Positions 37,201 to 50,620 of a stretch of 64,000 bases of DNA are shown here, one piece after another. The notes under the pieces were generated by a model. That model saw only the letters and a list, made by a program, of their open reading frames with translations, ran no database searches and had not been told where the DNA came from. The DNA is from Negaprion brevirostris (taxonomy: Eukaryota). The position numbers were made by a program, and so were the translations under genes. Within the stretch, counting starts at the first letter, position 1. Each line of letters opens with the position of its first letter. The stretch is taken from contig JARDVH010000124.1 of assembly GCA_030324005.1 (NCBI GenBank), positions 32,668,418-32,732,417 of the forward strand, given 5' to 3'.

Positions 37201-38912
37201 ATTTCCAGCTCCTTCCCGTCTGGAAATAGCACAAATGCGAGCGCTTTGGAACCAAGTTCAGCCAAGATTACCAAAACACAAATGGGACAGATCACAGGGG
37301 GGTCATTTTCTCAAAACATGGAACCAAACAAGTAGTCCGCAAGCCAAAAGGGAACAGAAACTGCTCAGGATGAATGCCAGATCTGCAGCCACCCTCCTTC
37401 TACCTTTCCAATTCTCAGCCCTGCTTAATTATGATTAATTGCTGCATGGATAATCAGATACAGCTTCAAAGGTTGGCGATGACAGTCCAAGGACACCGGG
37501 GAAGAAGCAAGGTAAGTATTCATGAGGAAACCAGGTCTCTTCTTCAGCCTGTAACCTCTCTTATTTTAACATTTCCAAATAGAATTAATAAGAACATTAT
37601 ATGGTTCAGGCACTTGGGGAATAGATTCGACTGCACAATTCTACTGCTGTCATTTTTAGAGCTCATGTCAATAATTTCATGTTTGCGTGCCTTTCTCTGA
37701 ATGACAGCAGTTTTAACTTTCTGTTTTATGTCTCTGCTTTCTGGGTGGCAAGCACGATCAGAAAATAAAAAAAAACAGCTGAAGGTTGGACTCATGAAGT
37801 AGCTTGGATTAATAGACTGCATTTTTCACCCCCTCCCCTTTTTGTTTCCTGTGCTCAATTCAGCACAAGCAACNNNNNNNNNNNNNNNNNNNNNNNNNNN
37901 NNNNNNNNNNNNNNNNNNNNNNNNNNNNNNNNNNNNNNNNNNNNNNNNNNNNNNNNNNNNNNNNNNNNNNNNNTGTTTCCTGTGCTCAATTCAGCACAAG
38001 CAACGGACATTGTAGAACATTTTTAGTTGCCAGCCTTCCCCTCTATCGAAATCCCTTTGGCAAAGGCATTGATCACAGTATGCCATTTCCAACCTAACAG
38101 AACTGCTAGGCCTAGTTCAACTCGTAATATTACTAGGAGGCAAATCCCTCGGTTCCAGGCGCCAGTATTTCTACTTTGGCTCCTTTCCCAGTATTGTTCC
38201 CTTCGTTACATACCAAAGTGCCTCTCAACCAGTTAATGTCTGCTATGGGAGGTCTGCTTATCCAAGGCTCAGTGCTGGACTTTAAAGAATCCAAAATGCC
38301 AACCAGTCTTGGACAAAAGCTTTTTTTTTAAACTTGCATCGGGTTCAGTTAAGTGTTATGCAATGAGGCAGTTATTTTGAATGATCAGTATGGCTGTGTT
38401 TTATGCAATAACAAATGACTGGTCCTTAACTGAAAATTGCTTGAAAGCTGAAACCACAGAAGACATCGTTATTTTCAGATTATACTGATTTTAAGCTTCA
38501 TTATTCACAGCATTTTCCATTTCTTGTCTTACCTATATTTATCAATATGTAGATATAAAGTGCGCAGCAAAACTGAAAAACAACTTCAGGTAATAGTAGA
38601 AAAATAATTACTAGACTGGTAAACATTTTCTGTCAATCAGTAAAGATCACCAATATTATATATCTTGTGTATCTCAATGTATTCTGTATTCTGCTTTAGA
38701 ATAAGCTTGTAGTTCATTTGAAAAGATCAATAACTGCATTTAACTATAAATAAAAAGTACAAATAGCACGAAAGCTTTAGACCCAATAGTTGTCATGATA
38801 CTGTTTCCATACTGAAGCCAGGAGCCAAAAAAGGACCTATTAAAAAGTTTCCTCGTCACACTATCCATTGCGAAGATATTCAGCTTTTTTGCTGCAATAG
38901 TCAATTTTGGAG

Positions 38913-39233
38913 GTCATGGAATCCTGAAGATGCAGAAGGCAGCCATTCAGCCCATCGAGCCTGCATTGACAACATTCCCACCCTGGCCCTTTCCCCGTAA
39001 CCCCAAGTATTTACCCTGCTAATCCCCCTGACACTAAGGAGCGATTTAACATGGCCAATCAACCTAATTCACTCATCTTTGGCCTGTGGGAGAAAACCGG
39101 GGCACCCGGAGAAAACCCACACAGACACTGGGAGAACATGCAAATTCCACATAGACAGTGACCCGAGACTGGAACTGAATTCGGAATTCTGGCACTCCAA
39201 GGCAGCAGTGCTAACCACTATGTCGCTGTGCCG
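38913..39233 (-). mobile_element. HE1 SINE
   Basis: Full head-body-tail arrangement; a partial second copy lies at 39398-39568. Confidence 0.9.
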
Positions 39234-42200
39234 CTTTGTAAACTCACATTGTTGATCCTGGTTCTTTATTTCTATGTTTCTGCCTATCACAGAACCAGGA
39301 CTCAGGAGCAAAGAACATGAGTTGCAAATATAAACAATTGAGTCTATCCTGTACATCTTTAAGATGTTGCTCACATAGTCACGTATTCAAATGATATCAT
39401 AGAATAATAGAATCCCTACAGTGCGGAAGGAGGCCATTTGGCCCATCAAGTTTGCATTGATGACACTCCCACCTAGGCCTTATCTCCATAACGACATATA
39501 TTTACCTTATCAATCGCCCTGATACTCAGGGGAAATTTACCATGGCCAATCAATTTAACCCACACATCGTATTCTCTTTTCTTTGTTACTGATTTCCTCA
39601 TCACGCCTTCTTCCACCACCAACTATTCCTTTGCCTAGACAGGCAGTTGAACTGTTCTGAGGCCTCTGCCAATGCTGCTAGATAACTGGTTTTCAGTAGG
39701 CAAGAAAATGAGAACCAGCTGTTTGCACCTCTTCACCCTTCAATTTTCCTCACTTGTCATGGAAAAGCAGGTTTCTCTCGTGCGCCACCTAATGCCCCAG
39801 CGGAAGTTGGGGAAAGCTGGCTATTTAGGAAACTATATGCAGAACATCCTAGCATCTTATGTTAAAATGTAGCTATATGTTCCTGATAGGACCTAAAAGG
39901 ACTGGCTTCATCTTGGTTACGTCAAGAGGATATTTTAAGCAGGGCATTTTCTTTGATCATACCTATTGGATAAAGTATTTTGACAGAAGAATCTATCATT
40001 AACGGCACCTAAAAATAAAGCTACCTTTTTTGATCCCCACGGTGGTTACTATTTTATAACTTAATGGAGATGGTGGGCTGTGGTAGCATTATCATTATTG
40101 TATGAGATATGAACCAATAAATGCTGGCTCACCAGAAAATATAGCCCCTCTTTTGTTAAAACCCCTCCTCTGACCATTATTAAATTAAAGGAATAGGATA
40201 CTCCTAATAGCCCTTCACCTTGTCTTCTTGTTTGTATAGCACAGCATAATTTATGCTAAATGAGTTTAAGATTCCTATGCAAAATACACATTCACAAATG
40301 CCACAGAATCAGTTCATCAAAAACCACTAATTCATTTACATTCATTATGACATACTAATTTACTAGTATGCCAAATTACAGGATTCAGAATTAGGAAAAA
40401 ATTACAAGCAATTACTGGGAAGTGAACAACACCTTAAAGATGAACAAGATAAGCTCAATTAGTTATCACAGCTTTGAACAAACTGCTATTTGTTGTGCAG
40501 ACCCTTCCAAAATTCTTAAAGCCCGTAAAGCTACCTGAAGATTTGGAAATAATGCAGCTGCCACATTTGGTCATAATCTTTGCGTAAAAGTATTTGAGAA
40601 ATATTATTTTAGTCTAATAAACAAAGTTCATATATTTATGATTTATGTCAGCACCTATGTCATCACATTCTTGCAACCCATGCATTTCGACTTCACGTTT
40701 AGTTTAAATTTGGGAATGTCTGTGGAGCCAGTGTTTGGGGAGCCATAACAGACTTAATCCCTTTCTCTTTTAAAACTTTTAAAAAAACTAAAATATTTGC
40801 CACTGAGTGTTGAATTATAGGCTGGACCTATAACATAAATCCAAATGGTGAGGTCATTTATAATATGATGTGTTGTAAGGGAATTTCATTATGTTTAAAA
40901 GAATGTAAAATGTGTCAATTTGATTCAAATGAGAAGTATATTAAAACCATGCTCGATGTTCCTGTGTAATAAATCTTCAACAGTCTTCTGTAAAGGATTC
41001 TGGAAATCCATAGGGAATCTAGCGTTATAACGACGATGCATACTGAACTGGAAAATTTTTTGTTGTTGAAATTTACCAGATGGGGTAAAAGACAAGTAAG
41101 GACATAGCCCCATACTGTGAGTTGGTGAATGACCTCTGTTGCATATGTAAGGTGAGATTATTGTAGAAATCTTATCGTTACTGCAGTTTCATTCAATTTC
41201 TTCCTTCATCCCATTCTTTAGGTTTATCAGAGTTAATAATGCTACATGTGCTGAAGTGCACATTTTGCAAAATCTGATTTTAAATATTTAATTGTAAAAG
41301 GGGAAAAAAATAGTTTGTAGATGGATGATGGCTGAGATACTTATTTTGTCTATTGCATATGCAAATTTTTCAACTAGTTTCAGCAAAATTGGTCGTTTAC
41401 CTTTGGAATATTTCACTGTTCTACAATCACATTAAACTTGTGCATGGGGATACTGAAGCTCTATTCTTACTATCTGCAACTGACCCTGATATATCAGCAT
41501 TTGAGCCAAGTTGTCTCTGCTGCTGTTGTTGTTGGCTTATTTTTTTCCAAAACCAACCAGAGTGTTGTCACTGTCCATCGTGGATCCCACTCAGAGCCAT
41601 TTTCCCAGAGGCTGGGTGAGGCAAGGAACTGCTATCTGCCCCACAAGCACTTGATAACCTGTTAAGTCAACTAAAAGGCCAATTAAGGCAATTGATCAAA
41701 GTCTAACTCTAAATTTCTAGTCAGCGTGTGAGCCCTCTGAGGTATCAGGAACATGTGGCAAACTGGGGTGGGTGATGTTGCAGGATCACTTTGTTTCCTC
41801 TGGTGGTTTAGCAGCTGTGGCCATTTGTAACTCTATATTTTTTAAAAGGGCTGAGAGGGTACCTTAAGTTGGAGGCACCCTCTGTCTCCTTTACCTAAAA
41901 TGGCAGCCTGCAGCTCTTTCATGCTGGACAGCCTCCTGTTGGCCCTCCAGTGCTCTGTGCTGTTTTTAATTGGATGGCCAGCATGCGCTCTGGTCTCTGA
42001 TTAACCAATCCAGCAAAAACAATGACCATTGGGTCCTGACATAGTGTTGGGTCAGGACATTCAATCATGTGGACAATAAGCTGTTACACCAAATGGATAA
42101 TCATCCCCTAACTGTCCATTCCCTTAAAGCACCAGAATGTGTGTGGTCTCTGGATAAAGGAAGGAAATAGAAATTGTGTAATTCTATATCATGAAAGTTG

Positions 42201-42469
42201 CTTTAATATCCTAGGCACCTGCTGAGCAATAGGACCTTGGTTTTCTATGTATCTTGGTTATATCTATTCTCTGCTGCAGTGTAGATGTTGTGTAGAGGGC
42301 TCTACTGGCAGATTTGCAGCACATTGACATGTTTCTGAAGAGCTAGCTGATTTATTTTCTTTTGGAGAACAGAGGCACAATCCAAAATGAAAGCATTGTT
42401 CTGTTTCTGCATCGTTGTCAAATCAGTTCCACATGTATGGAATGACTGCTTCGCCACACAAGGTATTAC

Positions 42470-42705
42470 ATTGGTTAGTGGGTAGAACTTGAGCCAAAGG
42501 TTTATGGGTTCAAGTCACATTCTATGAGCATATTGAGGCTATGGCAGTGCTGTACAGCCTAAGGTGCCCACTTTTGGATGAAACCTGAAACAGAGGTCCC
42601 GTTTTCCTGCTAAATTAGACATAAAACCTTCCATGGAATTGTACCTAGAGAAGAGTTCCCTGGACAATATTTATTTCTCACAAACAGGGAAAATCAGATT
42701 ATTTT
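42470..42705 (+). mobile_element. Deu-domain SINE (SacSINE1/AmnSINE1-like), old
   Basis: ggttcaagtc..gcagtgctg..ggtgcc..ttttggatgaaacctgaaacagagg..gacataaaacc..ccatgg..ctggacaatatttat..cagattat resembles the recalled Deu core. Confidence 0.7.
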
Positions 42706-43334
42706 CTGCAAAAAGTATAGTAAATGAATGGAAAACCAGCAGTTAGTGGCACGAGAGAGATGTGATGATCTGAGGCTGTTAAAGTGAAGAGGCTTCCCTC
42801 CATCACACCCCAAAGACTGAATTGGTGAAGATCAGTGTCAGTGAAGTCAGTGGGAGTTTGTGTTCCAAGTTTTAGACACTTGTTCCTTTCAGGTCCTTTG
42901 TCAGAACTTCAGCTGATGCAGTCAGGTTCCAGCAACACCACCAAGAATCTTCCCCATAACTGTTGTTTGCTCTCGAAGACAGTGATCTTTCCAGATGCTC
43001 ACTGTAGATTTGTGATCAGCCTGACCCAGGAAAATGGGCTGAGGATGGGGTGAACATGGAGGGGCATCTGGAAGCATTGCCTTGCCAGAACCCTATTCTG
43101 AAGAGAAGGATGAATGCAGTACTGACCTAACCAATAATGCCAATTGGTTCGTACTTTTTTAAAGTTTTAAATTTAAATGTTGACTTATATGATGTGTTAC
43201 ATAAATTGAAAGATAATAAAGATATAAGCATATATATACACATAGTTCACCGCATTCTTGGTGGCACATGGTGATATCACTGGACCAGTAATCCCAAGGC
43301 ACGGGCTAATGCTTAGTTGGAAATTAAAATTCAG

Positions 43335-43680
43335 TTAACATGGGCACAGACTGCTTCAATAACTGAGAAGTTATGAATGATGCTGAACATGGTGCAGCCA
43401 TCAGTAAACATCCCCATGCCTGATCTTAATGATGGAGGGAAGTCACTGATGAAGCAGATGAAACTGGCTAACTCTGAATACCTCCTGCATTGATGTCTTG
43501 AGACTGAGAACACTGACATGTACCAACCACAAGCATCTTCCTTTGCGCCCGCATTGAGTCAACTAACAGAGGGTTTTGCCCCTCATTTCTATTGACTCCA
43601 GTTTTGCTGCGGCTCCTTGATGATACACTCAGCCAAATGCTGCCTTGATGTCAAAGGCAGCTACTCTCACCTCACCCCTA
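43335..43680 (-). mobile_element. LINE RT fragment (same family as 11405-12016)
   Basis: GEVRVAAFDIKAAF..HQG..AKLESI..FICFISDFP..MGMFTDGCTMF (decayed FADD). Confidence 0.85.
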
Positions 43681-44040
43681 TTGCTCACTTGAAAATAGAT
43701 TTTTCCAACAGGATGTGGGACAATATTTGTCATTTAATGTGATGTCACACACACAGCTATCTTCTTTGTATGTTTCATACAGACATCCAGTTAGTGGATG
43801 TACATTAACACCATCGTATTATTTAATTGATGGATTGGTGACTTATCATCAAGCAGTATTGGCATCAGTGTGGTACATCTATTTGATCCAATTGTTCAGA
43901 TGGTGTTTTACAGGAAATAGCTGGCAACATTACCAAAGACAGAACAAGCATTGCAGTGTATTTCTGACCTCCAATCTATTAGCTAGGCGACTGCTAAATG
44001 TGTGAGTTAGAAACTGTCATTGGAAGAAAGTACGTTTCCT

Positions 44041-44258
44041 AGGGTGAGATTGTCAGGATCTTCCTGCTGGCAGGATCTTCCAGTCCTGCCAAAGTTGACC
44101 CCATCCCCACCGACCCGTGCGGTGTGACCCTCAGCAGCAGGGGGCTGAGCCATGCAAAACATCATGGACTTCAGCAGGACTGGAAGATCCCACCCGCAGC
44201 CAATGATTCACCATGTTTGCCGCATGCTGCATTGCCACTGACTGGAAGATTCAGGGAC
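44041..44258. mobile_element. MITE-like element with internal inverted repeat
   Basis: ggatcttccagtcctgc is the exact reverse complement of gcaggactggaagatcc. Confidence 0.65.
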
Positions 44259-44752
44259 CAGATTTGTGTTGGACTTGAATCCACACAGTGTGTCATTTTA
44301 TCAGGTTGTAATGTGTCTGAAAAGCTGAAGAACTATTTCAATAATCAATAGGCAATAAAAGTACCAATTTATCACCACAACCTTATCTTCAAGATTAGTT
44401 AAATTTAGGACTACTCACAAATCTTTATTGATCACCGAAAAACAAGTCACTTCTAAACCAAATTCCTTTAACTGATATTTAGATTCGAAGCCGGAGCAGT
44501 AGAACAGTGCTCCGTTTATCCATGCAGAATGAACTTATTATGATGACATTGACATAGTACCTGGTGAGCAGATTCACATTGAAAAAAAACTTGTTATTTT
44601 TCTCTGAAATAAAATTACATTGCTCAATTTGCTGAATCACCTGCACTTTGGTGCCCAAAGTACACATATGATTACAACCAAAACTGATGCCATCTTTACT
44701 ATTGCATGCATTTATTGTGATTTTACTATTTCTTTGTTACATAACAAATGAA

Positions 44753-45080
44753 TGACACGGTGGCACAGTGGTTAGTACTTTTGCCTCACAGCACCAGGGA
44801 CCCGGGTTCTATTCTGGCCCTGGGTGACTGTCCATGTAAAGTTTGCACGCTCTCCCCCTGTCTGCATGAGTTTCCTCCCAATGCTCCAGTTTCCTCCCAC
44901 CACCAAAGACGTGTGGGTTAGGTTGATTGGTCATGCTAAATTGCCCCTTAATGTCAGGGGGAATTAGCAGGGCAAATACTTGGGGTTAGGGGATAGGACC
45001 TGGGTGGCATTGTTGTCAATGCAGGCTCGATGGGCTGAATGACCTCCTTCTGCATTGCACGGATTCTATGATTCCATGAT
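44753..45080 (+). mobile_element. HE1 SINE, full length
   Basis: Head gacacggtggcacagtggttag, V domain, tail ggattctatgattccatga. Confidence 0.93.
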
Positions 45081-45419
45081 TTCTGCACTCTAGGGATTCT
45101 ACAATAACCTAAATACATGATCTTTGAAAAACAAAGAACTGTGTTTTAATGTCCAAATGCGCTGGGAGCCAAGAGGCCCAATAGTACATGGGAAAATGGG
45201 AAATATGTTGAAACCAGTGAATATGTGAGGGCTAGGAAAATTTTAAGGCAACCACTTTATTGACATCTGATTTCCAGATTTCCCATCCTATTGGCATCAA
45301 CTGCTGTGATGACAACACGCATGTCACAATCTCCAGAATTTAAAGGAACACTCCAAACAAGCAAGCAGAAGAAGTTTGATTTGGAAAGGAGAGAGAAAGA
45401 GGAAGCATTGCCAAGAAAG

Positions 45420-46200
45420 GTTGACAGTCAAAGGCTGGGTTAAGCTTTGCTAATTCCTCCCTGGATTTGTGCTGCTAGGATGCAGATCCCAGCGGAGATA
45501 TTGTTCCCTAGCAATGGGAGGTAGAAGCCAAATGGGGAAGACAAGGTTGAATGTGGGACCAAGAGGTCAGCAGCAAGAACATGGTACCATGCCTGTATCC
45601 AGTACAGGGGAGGAAAGGCAAAAGCAATGTCACATTCACCTACATGAATGTTACCCCCACCCCCTCACTGCTTTCTCTAATGCATCACTCCTCAGAGCAA
45701 CTTCCCTTTTTGGTGCATCTATCTCTGTTTCTGAATAAATTCTTCCTCACATCCCCAACTGTCTATCCATTGCTAACACTCACCCTTATCCTCCTACAAC
45801 TATATACTCATCCACTGAATGAATACATTCCATTATTTTCAATCTCTTACTTACTTCCTTACAAGAGGAGAGTATTAGACATCAGGGAGATGTGGCCCTG
45901 ATCTGACCGTTGGAGCTTTGAAGATGATTTCCTAGACTCCTGGTGACTGCCACATGCCACACAACACTCAGCCATGTTGACCTGATTTTGACAGCAAATG
46001 ATGACTTCAATTATTCTTACCTTGGCAGTACAGTGCTTATTTGCATCTTTTATTTTTCCACAGAGCCTTCACATGGCCAGCAGGAAATGGTCAAGATTGC
46101 CAAAAACAACTCCACAGCGGTGTTCAGACCCTCTGAAGATGCACTACCACAAGACCTGAGAGAATCATGCACCATAGTTGCAATTCGGTGGGGCTAGTTA
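45420..46200 (+). mobile_element. Harbinger Myb/SANT ORF remnant
   Basis: SFANSSLDL..EILFPSNGR*KP..QEVSSKNMV resembles the PRFSD..LE.L..R.VLFP.DGR..EVSS Myb/SANT start; later pyrimidine-rich acceptors. Confidence 0.55.
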
Positions 46201-46434
46201 GAGATAGTTATGAAAGGACATTTTTTGTTCTTTTTCCAGCAATTGTTCTGTGCTGCCAAATGACTAAAAAGATTTTCATTCAGCAAAGCAGAGTTTCAGC
46301 AATTTACTAACAAGTGCTCCTACTGGATTACGTATGCATGCAGAGAGGTTGGAGATGTCCCCCTCAAACATGAATGGATATTGTCATAGGCATTGCAAAA
46401 ATTACTTTTGTACATACAGTGGCCAACTGCATGG

Positions 46435-46688
46435 AGTAACAGTTCTAACCACTGTACCATCGTGCTGCCCATGTAATATAATGCAACAACAGTGCTAGCC
46501 ACTGTACCAATGTGCCACCCACATAATGTAATGCAGCAACAGTGCTAACCAGTGTACCATCACGCTGCCCACATAATATAATGCAGCAACAGTGCTGACC
46601 ACTGAAAATCATGCCGCCCACATAAAATAATGTAGCAACAGTGCTGACTACTGTATCATCATGCTGCCCATATTAGATAATGCAGCAA
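46435..46688. repeat. Five-copy 50-bp tandem repeat derived from a SINE 5' end
   Basis: agt(g)ct.acc recurs at 46441, 46491, 46541, 46591 and 46640; unit cagcaacagtgctaaccactgtaccatcgtgctgcccacataatataatg. Confidence 0.93.
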
Positions 46689-47582
46689 TCAGAAACACAT
46701 ATGCAGGTTTTCCACAAGGGTTTACACACTATGGTCCCCACCTTAAATATAATGAATGAACAGTGCTTAACCTCAGGCTTTCACCTTGGCACTGTTCTCA
46801 CCAGTACAATAGGAGCTCAGAATTGTAACTGGCTATCAGAAGGATAACAGCGAAACTTCATTCAGATCATCACCTTAACCTGCTGTTTCCTGTCCCACTG
46901 GCGAAATCTGCAGGTATAGACAGCTATCTTTGGAAGAGTCCTCATGAGCTCCAAAACCTAAAGGACATCAGCCAAGATCAAATTAATAGTAAGAGGAGGA
47001 ATATGAACTGTCAGTCTTCAACTCTGCTGAAGCCACAGGAATTGCACCAAATGGAAGCGCCAGGAAAAGGAAGAGTAGGAATTTACTCCCGGTCTGACAA
47101 AGAGTCATCCAGACTAAAAAGGATAGCTCAGTTCTCTTTCCACAGATGCTGCGAGTCCTGCTAAGATGGAATGTAAGCCCTTGTAGCTGATGAACATTCC
47201 TGGGTGATCTATGGCATATTAATTGTCATGTGTGCAACTGTTGACACCCAGTGCTTTGTAGGAAGCCAGGCAGAGCCACGAATCATATCACCACTCATTC
47301 TGACTGACATTATCACAGGCACAGTTGACATGATTGGCAGTCCTGGTAAACCGGCATCAATCATCTGGTTTACTCACTTCTATCCCGTGGATTGTGAGAC
47401 GCTGCAAATGTTTCTCCACTGGAGCTCTGGAAGGATGCAGAGGCAGAAACACTGAGGGCAGTGATAACTTTCACAGCCGCTGGTAAAACAATGCCACCAG
47501 GCTCAGATTCAAGTCTTGCTCCAGCAGTTTTAAAATGTCTGGCACCACCTGACAGATTCCCTGAGTCTCCTGTAACATTCCT

Positions 47583-47934
47583 GGGGTGGCATGTTGGCAC
47601 AGGGATTATCGCTGCTGCCTCACAGCTCCAGGGACACGAGTTCAATTCCGGCCTAGGGTGACTGTGTGGAGTTTGCATGTTCTCCTCATGTTGTGTGATT
47701 TTCCTTTGGGTGCTTCCTCCCACAGTCCAAAGTACGTGGGTTAGGTGGATTAGTTATGCTAAAGTGTTCCTTACTGTCTCGAGATGTGTAGATTAAATGG
47801 ATTAGCAATGGTAAATGTTTGGTATTACAGGGATATGGCAGGGAGAGGGCCTGGTACTCTGCCAGCATGTCAGTACAGACTCTATGGTCCGAATGGCCTT
47901 CTCTGCACTATAGGAATCCTATGATTCTATGATT
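47583..47934 (+). mobile_element. HE1 SINE
   Basis: tRNA head, V domain and cctatgattctatgatt tail. Confidence 0.9.
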
Positions 47935-48879
47935 GGGGTTCAGACACATTGGAGACTGTCTGTTGATAGGTTTCACATGCTGTTGAGCTCCTTCGAGCTG
48001 TATCTTTCTGCTGTTCCCCTCTGTTTGTGTCATCTTGTATTCGAACATCCAGCACAAGCTTTTAATGCGAGAGCATCTTCAAAATGTTCTCATCAGCCTT
48101 GAATTTGTCAGCTTATAGCAGCAGAGTGTTGATACACTGAGAACTGTTGCTGAAGAAGGATAATGTTGACGTAACATAAATATACTCACATGCTACAAGA
48201 ATGAAGTGGCCGTATTGTGTATTTAAGAGAGAAATAGCTCACTTTGCTGTGGTAATGCGTTACTCACATCAGACACGGGAGAAACTGCAGTGAGGAAGTA
48301 GCTGGAGTGATCATTTACAGGAGAGCAGGTTAGATGCTCTTTCCCACTTTCAAGGATTTTTGCCCTGCAGTAACAGCATTCAATTTTCCGCTTGCTTTGG
48401 ATTATTTTGGCAGAGGAGGACCAGCAAGAGGAAATGGCTGTCCACGATGCCAATTGGCACACGTTCGAATATAAATCCTGCCAATCTGCTACACAGCACG
48501 TTTCCCGTGCCAAACACAGCTATTTGTTAATGAGAACAGAAATGTTCCTAAGGAGCCTGAATTCAGAAAATAGGCATTGCCATAGCTGTGTTTTCACCAA
48601 GAGCTCCACTCAACAAGTGACATCTATACAGCGCTGATGCTGTACAGGGTCACAGCTCAAATCGATGTGACCCTCAGCTGGTTTTTTTTTTAGCACTGGT
48701 TCATTGTCCAGTGATTTGTCAATAGATTTTCAGGTATTATTAAATTCGGCAGATTTCTTCATATATTTTGTCACTGACCACCAAATGCAGCTCAACGGCT
48801 GATACAATTCCACACTACTGCTGCCTTTCCCAAAGCTTACATGGCCCCTTACTAAGCCACAATAGTTTTCAGATCTGCA

Positions 48880-50620
48880 TTTTTATCTGAATATGGAATA
48901 TGTTTGGTGACCTGAGCACTGCTGGAAGGGAACTTCGACTACCTCCAACTCATGTTTGAAAATTGCAATAATTTTCCAGGCAATGACTGTAATGTCCGAA
49001 TGCTGCTAGGGGCTGTGGGTTTTACACAAAAAGGAAAAGACAATTTTGAGCCCGCATTCTCCTCTGTGGAAATGGTGGAACGTATTCAAAATCCAGAAAG
49101 TACGATTCATGCTGGCGGCTTTCCGAGCTCCGTTCTTGCAGGCCTCTCGCCAGTGGAGTGGTGTGAAACACATGAGGGACTGCAGAAGGCTCATCCTAAT
49201 ACAGTAGCATTTCATTAGTGAGCACTATCTCCGGGACTTTCCCCCACCACACCAAATATCGAGCGGGTGCCAATGTGACCACGCCAGCGCCATTTATATT
49301 CGGTTCACCAAGGTGTGAACCTGTTATTGGGGTCTCCCTGGGGGTGTGAAGGTGTATATAGCCCCCAGGGAGAGGGATATGGCCAGACATTAGCCTGGCA
49401 ATGCCCCTTGTCTTTGTCCCTTGGCATTGCCCCTTGACACAGATTGACACTTCCAATTTGGCACCATGCCTACACCAACGTGGAATTGCCAACTTGGCAG
49501 TGCCAATTCTGCAGTACCAACCTGTGCCAAGGGGCAAGCCCCAGTGGGAGCCTCATGGAGGAGTTGGGGGGGATTCATTCAGATCTGTTTGTGGGCCAGG
49601 AGTAGATGCAGGTGCAGGGGATGTCCACAATGACCATTGGAGGGGGACAGGAGGAAGACTAGGTGGGAGTGGGTGGGTGCTGACTTCAACTGTGGAGGGG
49701 AAGAGGCTGATGTTCGGGGGAGGAATGGGGGAAGAGGCTGATGNNNNNNNNNNNNNNNNNNNNNNNNNNNNNNNNNNNNNNNNNNNNNNNNNNNNNNNNN
49801 NNNNNNNNNNNNNNNNNNNNNNNNNNNNNNNNNNNNNNNNNNNNNNNNNNNNNNNNNNNNNNNNNNNNNNNNNNNNNNNNNNNNNNNNNNNNNNNNNNNN
49901 NNNNNNNNNNNNNNNNNNNNNNNNNNNNNNNNNNNNNNNNNNNNNNNNNNNNNNNNGATCTGGAGGGAAAATCAATGTGTTTCTCTGGAGAGAAACATGC
50001 TGATTTCCTCGTGGGAAATAACACTACCATATTTTGGTAAGATTGCACAGATTGCACACGTAAATTCAAATTAACAACAGATTATTTGCCCAGAACAGAA
50101 ACTGAAACTAAAACAGCCAGCCAGTGCAACATCCTAATGACAACACCATCAAATCATGTGACTGGTTCTAAAAGCAGTCATGAAACTCTTTAAATATATA
50201 ACAATGGTCCCTGCCCCAAGCATGTATGTGAACACCAACACACTGCCAGGAAGCTCAAAAGCTCTTATTCTATCTTCAGTTTGACATTTCTACCACCTCA
50301 TTTCTCAAAAAGATCAAAAAGATCAAGATACTCTTACCATGTACCATGGAACAAAGCAAATGGATACTTTATTGAAGCTTATGCTACAAAGAAGTGTCAA
50401 GCTTACCATGAGTATTGTCCAAAAACCTCATTAATTGAGGCTGATTTGGAGTCTTACAGCACAAGCCATCAGATTTGTAAAGTAATTGTAATCTTGCATG
50501 TGCTGACAACTTCTCCTGGATAAGATATCTCAGCGTGGGTTTCAATAGTCAAAATGGTGATGCAGAAGAAGAAAGTTAAATTGTCAACACAAAAATAGCA
50601 GGGACACCAGCAATGAAGCA
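48880..50620 (+). mobile_element. Very old Harbinger transposase fossil, interrupted by a younger MITE (about 49040-50050)
   Basis: NVRMLLGAVGF..., PGSSKALIL, GYFIEAY, QAYHEYCPKTSLIE, GVLQHKPS..CKVIV are collinear with HARBI1-type motifs. Confidence 0.45.

Noticed and set aside
37843-38004. 31-bp exact direct repeat flanking a 100-N gap
   Set aside because: Typical unmerged contig overlap in scaffolding
46435-46688. CRISPR-like array
   Set aside because: No unique spacers, no cas genes, vertebrate context; the unit derives from a SINE
48533-48548. Glucocorticoid response element agaaca...tgttcc
   Set aside because: The spacer is 4 bp, not the required 3
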